Source of the DNA: Negaprion brevirostris
Lineage: Eukaryota
DNA length: 64,000 nt
NCBI GenBank assembly: GCA_030324005.1
Contig: JARDVH010000042.1
Span: 55,218,966 to 55,282,965, forward strand
Direction of reading: 5' to 3'
In this document: piece after piece, positions 50,034 to 61,042 of the stretch
Numbering within the stretch: position 1 is the stretch's first letter
Layout: each line of letters starts with the position of its first letter
The notes under the pieces: model-generated
Told to the model about the DNA's origin: nothing
Database searches by the model: none
Seen by the model: only the letters and a program-made list of their open reading frames with translations
Translations under genes and position numbers: made by a program

Positions 50034-50914
50034 CAGCTCTCACTATTCATTAAGCAGATGCAAATGAGGCACAATTATCAAAACTGCTTAGGTTTCTAAC
50101 TGCCCATCACCCAATGTTTACCAATTTTGAAAATTGGCCTCAGCGCTTCATACAGATTGTCTTGTCTGGCAACAGGTCTTCCTCATCTTCTTCCTAACAT
50201 TTCAGATGACGCCCTGGCTCTTGAAGAATGTTTGCACAAAGAATGGTTCAAATTCATCATTTTATCAAATTTCTGTTCCCCAATCAGAGTACATTTTCAT
50301 TGGTTTGCTGGCTCTTAGGCAGCTAATGAACGGCTTACAAGTTAAAAATCCTGAAGTTGCTGATGATCCAATTGTAGGTGTGCACTCACTGAGCAGAAGG
50401 GAGTCAGAACAAAATGTTAGCAAAGGTAACTATCCAGAGTTGCCAGTTTATTCAGCTATAATGAGCAGTACAGCTAGCTCCTAAACCCTAAGCCTGTGAG
50501 AAGCTTATAAAAACTAATGCCACTCTCTAACAGGGCATGTGTTATATTACTAAACCTAACAAAAATGTTTGTGCTTGATCTGAATTTTCCATTCCCATCT
50601 GTAAACAGGTCTATCCTTACTTTCCATTTGGCTCTATTACAAGAAACAAGACCACATTGCATAACAGACCCATTTATCCCCTTCAATTCCATAAATACTC
50701 ATGATTACCCTGGAAGCAATTTTATTAAACTTTGGATAAACTTTCAAAACGGGTAGAAAATAATAAAGACTAACCAGACATATTGAATACATTGCACTTT
50801 TAGTACATTCACCCTTCTGTCTGGGTCTTTCCTTTAGGTGCCAAATATATCATTTTGACAATGTGTTTAGTGTTGTTGGATAAATTCTAAAAATAAATGA
50901 AACTTAATTCATTG

Positions 50915-51128
50915 TTAGAACATAGAACATAGAAAAACTACAGCACAAACAGGCCCTTCAGTCCACAAGTTGCGCTGATCATATCCCTCCCTACCAGGCC
51001 TACCTATAACCCTCAATCCTATTTAAGTCCCATGTACTCATCCAGAATCCTCTTAAAAGACCCTATCGAATTTGCCTCCACCACCACCGACAGCAGCCGA
51101 TTCCACTCAGCCACCACCCTCTGAGTGA
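50915..51128 (-). mobile_element. CR1 LINE 3' end
   Basis: tagaacatagaacatagaaaaactacagcacaaacaggccc..gcctccaccacc..gattccactcagccaccaccctctgagtg. Confidence 0.8.
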
Positions 51129-52477
51129 CTGTTGTTAAAAAGGGCACTTTTGTAAATAAATGAAGCTTTATTCAACATGTTTTTGTCTTAAATTACCCAG
51201 GCATTATTTAAACAGAGCAATATGAAGTGTTATTAATGTACCAAAAGTAAAACCAATATTGCACTAATATCCATGTGTGGCACAGCTGGTTAATCATTAA
51301 TACAAAACCTCTTATTTTTAATTTTACAAGAATGACTAATTCCCAGTGATAAATGTATAAATGAACCATGGTGGAGTTTTATTATATTAAATATCTCAAT
51401 ATGTAGAAGTTTAGTATTGCTTTGCTACTTTTGTTTCATTTAGTCTGATATATGTTAAACAAAACCTTGATTCATCTAATTAATTTTGTGGCTCCATTCA
51501 CCGACATGTGCCTGTGTCTAATTAATTTAAAATTAATCTTCAACATCGACATGGAACCTGATACTTTCAATTTCACAAAATTGACTAAATCCCTAGATTT
51601 TGTGATGGTCATTCAGCAGCATTCACCTGCATTTATTTCATATAAAATGTACTCAATATGTCAAGGTCCACCTGCATTCAATTAAACACTTTCCTGGAAT
51701 CTCTGACTTCTTCTCTGGTCTCCTTGTTCTGTCCTTCTGCTCATACATATTAATGGTCAAAATGTATTGCTAAACTTGTCTTAAAACCTCAGTAAGACTA
51801 TGTTTGGAGTATTTGAGCTCCATACTACAGGAAGGCTGTGCAGAGAATAGAGAGAGCTTAAGAGGCATAGTATAAGATTAAATGTAGGTTTAAATTTAGA
51901 TGTAGACTTAGGACAAAGAATAGAAGGAAATTTTCCACATAAAGGGTTTTGATGCTGTGTAATGTACTGCCAGAGTTGGTCAATGAAACAGACATGGGAT
52001 CAGTTTTAACAGCTAGAAATGGGGCCTAACATGCTGTGTTCCCACCACAATCTGACCAACTGAAATTATAAATTGCAGGAGGTGGAGAAACGCACCTGCA
52101 ACCAGTCAGGCATTTGCCACACATGCAGCTGGATTTCCCAGGACATCATCAGGCCCAACTACTATTTTGTCTTGTGGGTCAGACAGTGGGGACTTCCCTT
52201 CGAGCCAAAGTTTCTTGGAATCTGGATCTGCAGTCACAGAGGCCCAGGTGAGTATAAATTATTTAATTTGTCACAGTCCCCTGCTTCAGGGAATCCAAAC
52301 CCACCACAACCATGATTTATTTCCCCAAATCCTCTTAGACTTAAACCATTCCCGAGTGTTGTAATTGGCTGATTCTGTGCTTGGAGCCTATTAAGACCTG
52401 CGACTGGGCTCCTAATACTCTCAAACTAATCAGAGGGATATGTTGGTCCAAAGACTCACCAGCCCTCACCTAATGTT

Positions 52478-52765
52478 TAATATTTATTTTACTATTGTCA
52501 CAAGTAGGCTTACATTACCACTCCAATTAAGTTAATGTGAAATTCCCCTACTTGCCACACTGCAGCACCTATTCAGGTACACTGAGGGAGAATTTAGCAC
52601 GGCCAATGCACCTAACCAGCACTCCTTTCAGACTGGGAGGAAACCTACGCAGACAGGGATAGAACATGCAGACTCTGCACAGACAGTGACCCAAGTCGGG
52701 AAGTAAACCCAGGTCTCAGGTGCTGCAAGTCGGCAGTGCTAACCACTGTGCCACCAGGCTGCCCC
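52478..52765 (-). mobile_element. HE1-type SINE head with alternative tail
   Basis: tatttattttactattgtcacaagtaggcttacatt ... cagtgctaaccactgtgccacc. Confidence 0.85.
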
Positions 52766-53511
52766 TGGAGAGGTGGATGCTAATGAAGCTGATCAGAAAA
52801 CATCTCAAAATGGAGACACCTTCAGAGAGGTAAATAAATTAATATTTCAGAAGTAGCCCGATGGCAGGCCCGGCAGAATGGATGGTAAAGCTCCCAGGGG
52901 AGATCTCTGGGGCTCTCAGGGAGCCTTTTCTACGGTCCTATCAATGGCACATGGAGCCTCCAGCTTGTTGCAAAGAGGCTGCCTATTGGCCTTGAGCTAC
53001 CTGCAAAATACTGGTGAGCTCAATAAAAATCATCCCTAATTACAGCCTTAATTACTCAAGTTGATTGCCAGCTTCTTTGGAACAGGCAATTGATTCACAT
53101 CTGAACTCCCCACTGCCTGGAAACATCTCCAGCGGCAGGAAGGTATTGGGAAGTAGCATTCTCCTCCACTCCAACCCCATCTTCATCTTCATGGGCTGAA
53201 AAATTTCAGCCTTTAGTTTTAGCCTGAGTTCACATCCCCTGAGTCTACACTGTTAAGAGCTGCAGTTAGCTGCTGAAGAACCAGGTCTGGTTAGTACAGT
53301 GGGACACTACTACAGAATTCATACCAGGTGAAGTTAGGTCTGGCTTAGGAAGATGGGGCATGTTTATCATTCTGAGACTAGAGTCTGTGTGACGCTTTAA
53401 TTGGAGCATCCAGAAAAGCAGGATTGGTCCAGGAACAAAAGTCCTGTTAAATTGGAGTGTTGATAAAGCAAAACATTTCACTGATTCCTTTGGAATTGAT
53501 TTATTAAGGTA

Positions 53512-53797
53512 CTGTGGCACAGTGTTTGGCACTGCTGCCTCACAGTGCCAGAGACCCAGGTTTGATTCCTGGTTTGGGTCACTGTGTGGAGTTTGCACAT
53601 TCTCCCTGTGTCTGTGTGGGTTTCCTCCCACAATCCAAAGATGTGCAGGTTAGGTGCATTGGCCATGCTAAATTCTCCCTCAGTGTACCCGAACAGGTGC
53701 CGGAGTATGGTGACTAGGGAATTTTCACAGTAGCTTCATTTCAGTGTGAATGTAAACCTACTTATAACTAATGAATAAACTTTTACTTTTACTTTAC
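53512..53797 (+). mobile_element. HE1-type SINE head with alternative tail
   Basis: gtggcacagtgtttggcactgctgcctcacagtgccagagaccc ... ttctccctcagtgtacccgaacaggtgccggag..aataaactttt. Confidence 0.85.
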
Positions 53798-53859
53798 TCT
53801 GTAAGAGACTGAGTAAGATTGCAAGTAGGACAGACAATGGTTTAATAAAGGGTCAACTT

Positions 53860-54300
53860 GTCAGCCATGGCTCAGTTGGTAGCACGCTTACCAGAGATCA
53901 GAAGGTTTATTGCTTCAATGTAGAACTTGAGTGCAAAACCCAAGTCTAAAACTCAAGTGCAGTGGTGAGAGAACGCTACACTGTCAGAGGTGCTGTCTTT
54001 CAATGATGTGAAACTGTTTGCTTCCTCCGACGGATATAAAAGATTCCACAACATTATTTTGAAGATAAGTAGCTGTTATCCCCAGGGTACAATCAATATT
54101 TATTTTTTAATCAACATCAAAAGAACAGATTATCCAGTCGCTATCATTTTACTGCTTATGGGCGATTGCCGTGTACAAATTGGCTGCTGTATTTCGTGCA
54201 TTGCAATAGTTACTACATGCCAAAAGATATATCGGCTGCAAACGGCTTTGGGGCTTACGGGGCTTGTGAAAACCACTGTACAAATTCAAGTCTTTTATAT
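53860..54300 (+). mobile_element. Deu-domain SINE (SacSINE1-like) with tRNA-like head
   Basis: ggctcagttggtagcac (A-box-like), ctgtcagaggtgctgtctttc, ataaaagattccac, aacagattatcc, aaattggctgctg. Confidence 0.7.
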
Positions 54301-54739
54301 TTCGATAATGTTATAATGAAAATATCCTTGTCTGATCACTCCCTCAGATTTCCATCCCTCTCCCTTTAAGCTTACCCAGGGTGGTCACAGCTCCATGGGA
54401 CCCAGTCATCTTCTATCACCTAGTTCTAAAATGGATAACCAAGGGAGCGGAAAACAAAAAAACAATTAAAATACCACACCATGGAGGAATGGAGGCACCA
54501 GGGCAGGCAGCAGAGGAACTGAAATTTATCCAAAGATATAAGTACGGTGGCATTCAGTAGAAAAATACAGAGTCTGGAAGCTAGGTTAAAAGGCCACACA
54601 TTTCTGAGTAACTGAAATATATAATCAGGGCTCCAAAGGACCAAGGAAAAGTTGACCTTCCTATACATACAGAAGATTTTTCTATATTCTTTATTATTTG
54701 CATTGACGTTATAAATTCAGGTTGGCAACCTTACTTGAT

Positions 54740-55040
54740 GGGGAGATGCTGAGAGAATGGCTCCCCTTGTGAGAGGTGACACAGTTTGAAATATGGGGCC
54801 TTCCATTTAAGGCAGTGATGAGGATTTTCTTTTCTTAGAGGATCATTGGTATTTTCATCCTCGGAGAGCAATGGAGGCTGGGTCATTGTCTAACTTGGCC
54901 TTGAACATATTCTGATTTCTGATTGGCAAGGGAATTATGGCTTATGGGGGACAGGCAAGAAAGTGGAGTGAAGGCCAGAGTCAGATCACCCATGATCTTA
55001 TTAAATGGCCTGAATGGCCTACATCTGCTCCTATTATAAT
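54740..55040 (+). mobile_element. Decayed CR1 3' end
   Basis: ccatttaaggcagtgatgagg..gcaatggaggctgggtcattg..cagatcaccatgatcttattaaatggc..ggcctacatctgctcctat. Confidence 0.7.
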
Positions 55041-55378
55041 ATAACTGCTCATCACTGTCCCCAACTTTTGCTCCAATTTTCTTCCCTGCCCATGTAAATT
55101 TGCCAGTGCTGAGACACAGTACAATTGGTAGCAACCAACAGAATAAGAAATAAAACAGCAAGTAGCTGTTAAGAAGCTTTTTTTGGCTTCTTTTTCTGCA
55201 CATTCATTTTGGACTGTTGCATAAACAAGACTCGAGATAATAACAGGAGAAATGTTTGCTCCACTTTTTGATTGCCAGTTTGCTTTCTCAAAATATCCTC
55301 CTTGTTGTTAAACTACATTACATTGTAACATAACCTAACCATAGGCGGCAAGAAACTGTCATTCTAGCCAATTCCTAC

Positions 55379-55474
55379 CTCTGTCTGGTCAATCATGTGC
55401 TCCAGTTGAAAGATCTGAGTTTTCACTTGGTCCTCTTTGCTGATGAGGTAACCGATACTCTTAGAGAGCTTCTC
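55379..55474 (-). CDS. TRIM36: TRIM36-like exon: first coiled-coil exon, 96 bp, phase 0-0 (not in ORF track)
   Basis: Acceptor caacag|GAG AAG CTC, donor ACA GAG|gtagga. Manual translation EKLSKSIGYLISKEDQVKTQIFQLEHMIDQTE; a 96-bp post-B-box exon is typical of TRIM genes. Confidence 0.95.
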
Positions 55475-55833
55475 CTGTTGTCATAACAACAAAAGCATAC
55501 CGCAGGGTGAAACCAGAGAACACTATTCAAATCACACCAACTGTCAACGTGTCCTCAATATCTCACTTTACATACACACAAAGCATCCAACAATTATGAG
55601 ACTTATGGAAACCAAATATACATAAAAGAATAAATAGGTGAATGGTGAGGCCAGGAATCAGGAAAGTCACTGATACATTAAAGTCATTAAGCATTTAAGA
55701 TTCAATTGTGTATAAGCATTAGAGGGACAGGAAATTGGAGCACTTTTAATGTCCTGATATTTGAGAACATAATAAGCACTTTTGGAAAATGGAAGCAGTC
55801 ACTAGCTCTTGTTCTTCTATCAACGTAACCTAC

Positions 55834-55980
55834 CTTAAGTATTTTGTAGGCACTGCTCATGGAGGTTACTTTGTGGTTGGCATGTGACCCGCCCAGTTTG
55901 CAGAGATGGCACACGGGCCTTCTGCATACCTCACAATACATGGTAACTTTTTCCATATCATGCTCAGGACACATCAGAAT
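55834..55980 (-). CDS. TRIM36: TRIM36-like exon: B-box2, 147 bp, phase 0-0
   Basis: Acceptor atcaccag|ATT CTG ATG, donor CTT AAG|gtaggt. Encodes ILMCPEHDMEKVTMYCEVCRRPVCHLCKLGGSHANHKVTSMSSAYKILK. Confidence 0.96.
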
Positions 55981-57619
55981 CTGGTGATAGGGGGAGCAGA
56001 GGGGGAAGTGCAAAAAACAAGACATTAAAACTATTGTCATTTGGAACCACAATTCCAACTGCACAATCCAGTCACAGTCAACATCCACATGAATTTCAGT
56101 CAGTTTCTGTACTCCTACCACACTTTCAAAAGAGCGAAATATTCCTTGTAATTGGGCACTTTCCAAACAGCAATATCAATATTATTCAGTTTGTCAATGG
56201 GATTATATGCCTGCCAACATTTTACAGTTGTTTACACAAGCAAGTAGTTTAGCAAATGAACACACACGGGGGATGTGTTTGCTTCTTGGTGTACCCATTT
56301 TTCCAGACTGAAAAAGGATGCAAAAATTACTCAGTTTTCAGGGCAGTATATTAATTGTATATCAATTGTTTGTAATACTATGCAGCTAGAAGGCAATAGC
56401 TGTGGCTTCACTTGAGCACATATGCAGTCACTTATTGAAACTGCGATGGGATTTAGTTAGGAATTGCGTGCATGTCATGGTTCACTTTGTAAATAAATAT
56501 TATACTGAATAAAGGTTGGCTCCAGTACTATCCTTCCCCAAATGGCTTTCTGGAACGTAACACAATATCCTGCACTCCAAAGTGCCAAAAAGATGTTTGA
56601 CCTATATTAGTCAGCTCATTCTTCAGACAATCTTTTCAGTCACCTAAACCAAATAGTAAGTTTCTTAGGCAGGACCTAATGTCTATTTGAGGACTACTGT
56701 GCTGAAATTGGCAAGTTTTCAAGGCTTGCTCCACTGAAGAATAATCCATAATCACTATGATCAAAGCTTTTCTTTTAAGTTTATGGGAGCCACAAGGAAC
56801 AGGAGTTTCCTTTCAGCTACAAAGCACTCTTGATGAGCACTCCCCGACCCCACCCCCCCATTGCCCTGCACCTTGCCCTTTGCAGGACTGGATTGCAAAT
56901 GTGCTCACCTGAGCAACCTGGAATTCATCCTCTTCAAATGGACAAGATAGTGACATTTACTGCCTTAATTACATGAGGACAGGAGCTTGACATCAGGGCT
57001 ATCCCTGCGAAGGGGGTCTAGTGTTTAATTTGTCCTTGTTGTCCTGGGATAGGTGTTGTTCAATTTCAGGATAGTGAAGTCAGACACCATTCTTGATAAG
57101 ATATTCATTATTGTCTCTCTCCTCTAAAACCTTTGAGGTACCCTGGTCACTTTGATATCCATGCTCCTTGGAAGCCTTCAAAATCACTGCAGCACTCCAT
57201 TTTACAATGAGGATTGCCCCAGTGTTAAAAGCCCTCTTTAAAATGCTCTTATAGAAATGACTTGTCAGGATTTCCTTGAGGAAGAACTCCTGGTTTTCTC
57301 TCTTAGCCCACAGCTGCTGTGAAACCCCTTTGAAGTGCTCTGACTGTCGGTTTCACTGAGGAGAACCCTTTTACCATTGAAAGGTCAGCATCAGGTGTCA
57401 GCATATTTTGAAATAGTTTGATTGACAGGTATGGATTATTACCTACTAGCGAACAGCCTTGTTTGTTTTTCTTTCCCTTTATTGTTGAATGCATTTTGAG
57501 TGCTTTGTAAAAGAGGAAGTAGTTAGAAAAGTTAGGCTACATCAAATATCCAAACTGTCAATCAAAAGCTGAATGGTTATAGATATTGTAGTTGGATTGG
57601 ACATTTTACCAAGTTTAAC

Positions 57620-57830
57620 TTCCTCATTCAGCCCTAGAGCCTGTGTTGCCATTCAATACAATTATGGCTGATTGGATAATGCCTTTTAGACCTACTATCC
57701 ACATAACCCTTTACATTACTTTTGATCAGAAATTTACCAATCTCTGCTTTATTCAAACACAATGACTGAGCTTCCACAGCCCTGTGGGATAGGGAATTCC
57801 AAAGATTCACAATTCCCAGTGTAAAGAAAT
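57620..57830 (-). mobile_element. Decayed CR1 3' end
   Basis: cattcagccctagagcctgtgttgccattcaatacaattatggctga..aatgactgagcttccacagccctgtgggatagggaattccaaagattcac. Confidence 0.7.
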
Positions 57831-59029
57831 CAATAGAAACTACGAATCACATTCCAAAAGCCCAATAAACAATATGTATTCATGTGGATCAGGTTCCCCC
57901 AACTGTGATAACATTTTCAAAACTCAAACGTCAGGAATATTTAGTTGGGTGAGGTACCACTGCTGCGATGGCATCATATCCCAGCTTGTAGGACAGAAAG
58001 CTAAATAATGTTTCAAAATAAATATATTCGATATTTCCAATTGGTTCATTGATTTTTTTTTCTGTTTTGAGTACATTTGCAACTATTTCAGCTGTTCACA
58101 ATCTTAAGGGAATGATGTACAGCTGTTATTCATGTATGTGTAAAATTACTACAATATCTGTAACATATTCACCAGCAGATACAATAAGCATGCCATAACT
58201 GGCACTATAGGTGTATGCTTGACTGACTGAGGATCTGTCACTCTCATTAGGAATCACATCCTTAAGGGAAAAAGGAAACTGGAGACTAAATATTGTGAAT
58301 CACTCGGTCTAGCCACATGATTGTGAAAAAGTTAATGATTGGATTGTCAAATTGGGATTTTCAAATTTAAAGAGTTAAGTTACTTAACAAAATATGGTAA
58401 TAAGCCTGTAGCAATAAAATAAACATTTATTTATTTTAAACCAATTTCCTCTAAGCATTTAGATTACTTTGATCTATCGCATCACATTAATGTCCTCAAG
58501 GGAAATGCTAACCTTAAAGATTGATCTGTGCATTTGAGTCAGAATGAGTAATTAAGAAAATGAATTCAACTGTGCAACCTACTCAATGTTTCCTCCTTTT
58601 AAGCTTAAGTAGCAAAATATTTGTTTTTTAATGAATAAATACAAAATGTCTATACTATGACCAGATCTCTACTCATAATGTGTGTATAATTATTAATGAT
58701 GATCTTGATTCAAAGCACATTAGGCATGTCACATGTAATAATTCAATGCTGTCCATTGAATTTCTGCAGTCAGCAAATTAATTATTAATAAAGCACCGTC
58801 TTCACAAAAAAAAGTCCTTGGCCCATTCCTGTTTGTGTGCTTGAAGAGAGGGATGACTGATGAGTGATGGGACCACACATTTATATCTTCAAACATATCT
58901 TTGCAAAGAAATGAGAAGCAGCTTCTAAACTTTTTTTAATTCAAATGTTGCACTTTGAACAAAACATCTGAAGAAATAAACGCCTTTTTGGGCATTTGTA
59001 TGAAAATAGTGATAAGAGAAGCTCTGTAC

Positions 59030-59355
59030 CTTAGGTCGGAAGTTGGTTGTTGGTCCCACATACTCATGCTGGGCCTTTGGAGTCCCCCAGGGGTGATGAA
59101 TCTTGAAGCACTCATTGCAGTAGCTCGCCTTGCAGTCCATGCAGCTCTTTGTCGCCTCCTGTGGTGGGGGCTTGCAGAGATTGCACATGATTGCCACAGC
59201 TGCTCTAGCAGCCTGTCTGTATCTTTCTACAATCGTTTCCAAGGTGAAGTTTCGGAACAGACCACTAAGGCCACGTTCTCCAAGGTCAATGTCATGTTCG
59301 CAGCTAGGACAAGGGAAGGTGGTGACTCCTTGGCTGTGGATGGTTCGTTTCCAGC
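59030..59355 (-). CDS. TRIM36: TRIM36-like exon: end of split RING (CPSC) plus B-box1, 326 bp; in-frame alternative acceptor at 59373 gives 344 bp
   Basis: Acceptor cattcag|GC TGG AAA, donor CCT AAG|gtacag. Encodes [29 protein letters not shown]...[52 protein letters not shown]. Confidence 0.93.
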
Positions 59356-60083
59356 CTGAATGGGCAGCAGACCCTTTTTTAGTCAACCAATACATGTAAA
59401 AAAGGGGAAGGTGCAGAGAAAGGACAGATAAGGGGAAGTGGAGAAAAAAGAATATTGACAGAGTGGTAAAACTACATAGATTATTAGAATGACAGAATAG
59501 TACAGAACAGAAACAGGCCATTCAGCTCATCAAGTCTACTTTGGTTGTTCAAACAGCAATACAGTTAGACTTACCAATGCGCCTTCCCACTTGGCTGCAA
59601 TTTTTCTCTTTGAAGTATTTATACAATTCTTTTTCAAAAGCTCATATTGAATCTATATCCACCACTTCATCAGGCAGTGCATTTCAAATCCCAACAACTC
59701 ATTGGCTAAAAAGGTTTTTCCCTCATGTCGCCTCTGGTTCTTTAAACCTGTGACCTCTGACTAACAATTCCTCAGCCAATGGAAATAGTTTCTCTTTATG
59801 TTCTCTATCTAAACACTAACTGGTTTTAAACACCTGGGTTAAGCTCCTCTTAGCCTTCTCCCCGGTAAGAAGGACAACATCAGTTTCTCCAGTTTTTCAA
59901 TAAAGCTGTAATCCCTCATCCCTGGAACCATTCTAGTAAATCTCTCTGTATCCTCTCTAAAGCCTTTTCACCCTACTTAATGGTTGGTGCCCACCATTGG
60001 ATACAATGTACCAGCAGGGATAAACTAATGTTTCATATAGGTTTAGTTGGGTTTTGCATAATTCCCTAATTTTTGTACTCTAC

Positions 60084-61042
60084 GGGCCCGATTTTACCAT
60101 TAAACATGGTAAAGTTGGGTGTGAGGACATTAACATGATCCGCGCTCGCGTCCGCGCAGATGGCCACTTTACCGAAACCCGGCATGGTGGCGATCTGCTT
60201 CGTGCCCAAAACAGGTGCAACGGTGATTTAAATGTATTTGCATGTATTTAAATTGAATTAATGAAGTGCTCACCCAACTTTATCAGCATTCCCCCCTTTA
60301 CCACCGTGTTTGCTGATCTGGAATTGTGCCAAAATAAACCTGCTGAATAAAAGTCTGAATCGGGCGCTCCAACTGCTGAAGAGCGCATTCAGTGCTTCCA
60401 ATGGCTCTCTGACCCAGACGGGTGGGGTGGGGGTTAAATCATTCTCTGGTTGGGGAGAAGGGGTGTGAGGCCAGATGGAGGGAGGCGGGTAAGATGTAGC
60501 TCTGGTTGGGAGGGGAAGGGGGAGGCCCGATCGCTCACTGGATGGGGGGTCAGATGGATCTCTGGTGNNNNNNNNNNNNNNNNNNNNNNNNNNNNNNNNN
60601 NNNNNNNNNNNNNNNNNNNNNNNNNNNNNNNNNNNNNNNNNNNNNNNNNNGGATAAGGGGAACAGTGATGTGTGTAGGTAGTGGGGGTGGTGGATAAGGG
60701 GAACAGTGATGTGTGTAGGTAGTGGGGGTGGTGGATAAGGGGAACAGTGATGTGTGGGGATCATTGCTCCCGCTTTTTGGTCCCGGGGCGCTTTCTCCGC
60801 TTTCTGCAGTCTGGGAGCAATCTGACACAGGGTGCACTTTTTCAAATTTTTTTCTCACTGCGCATGCGCAGTTCAGAGCTTCAATCATTTTGGCCATGCT
60901 AAGCTCCGCCCATAGCGCAAATGAGACTGGCGATCTTTTTTTCAGGCTGAGTGCATATGGGGCTGCCTGAAAGCCAGTCTCAAGTTAGATCTGCATTACA
61001 CCCAGGTTCAGCACTTAGAATGCAAATGGTAAGATTGGGCCC
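60084..61042. mobile_element. Non-autonomous Harbinger/PIF-like DNA transposon
   Basis: 17-bp terminal inverted repeats GGGCCCGATTTTACCAT / ATGGTAAGATTGGGCCC (2 mismatches); 3-bp flanks TAC and TAT; no ORF. Confidence 0.75.
60651..60757. repeat. 41-bp tandem repeat, at least 2.6 copies, abutting an N gap
   Basis: ggataaggggaacagtgatgtgtgtaggtagtgggggtggt starts at 60651, 60692 and 60733. Confidence 0.9.

Larger units (their letters stand above)
2151..59373 (-). other. TRIM36: Partial gene (6 internal coding exons) of a TRIM36/TRIM46-like C-I tripartite-motif E3 ligase (B-box1, B-box2, coiled coil, COS, FN3); extends beyond both window ends
   Basis: Six exons join in one frame with GT-AG sites. 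Peptides [65 protein letters not shown] and FHTPPAP are characteristic of TRIM36/TRIM46. The symbol is the closest overall match; orthology is uncertain. Confidence 0.9.

Noticed and set aside
60651-60757. Regularly spaced 41-bp repeat resembling a CRISPR array
   Set aside because: Pure head-to-tail tandem repeat with no unique spacers, no cas genes, and a vertebrate context.
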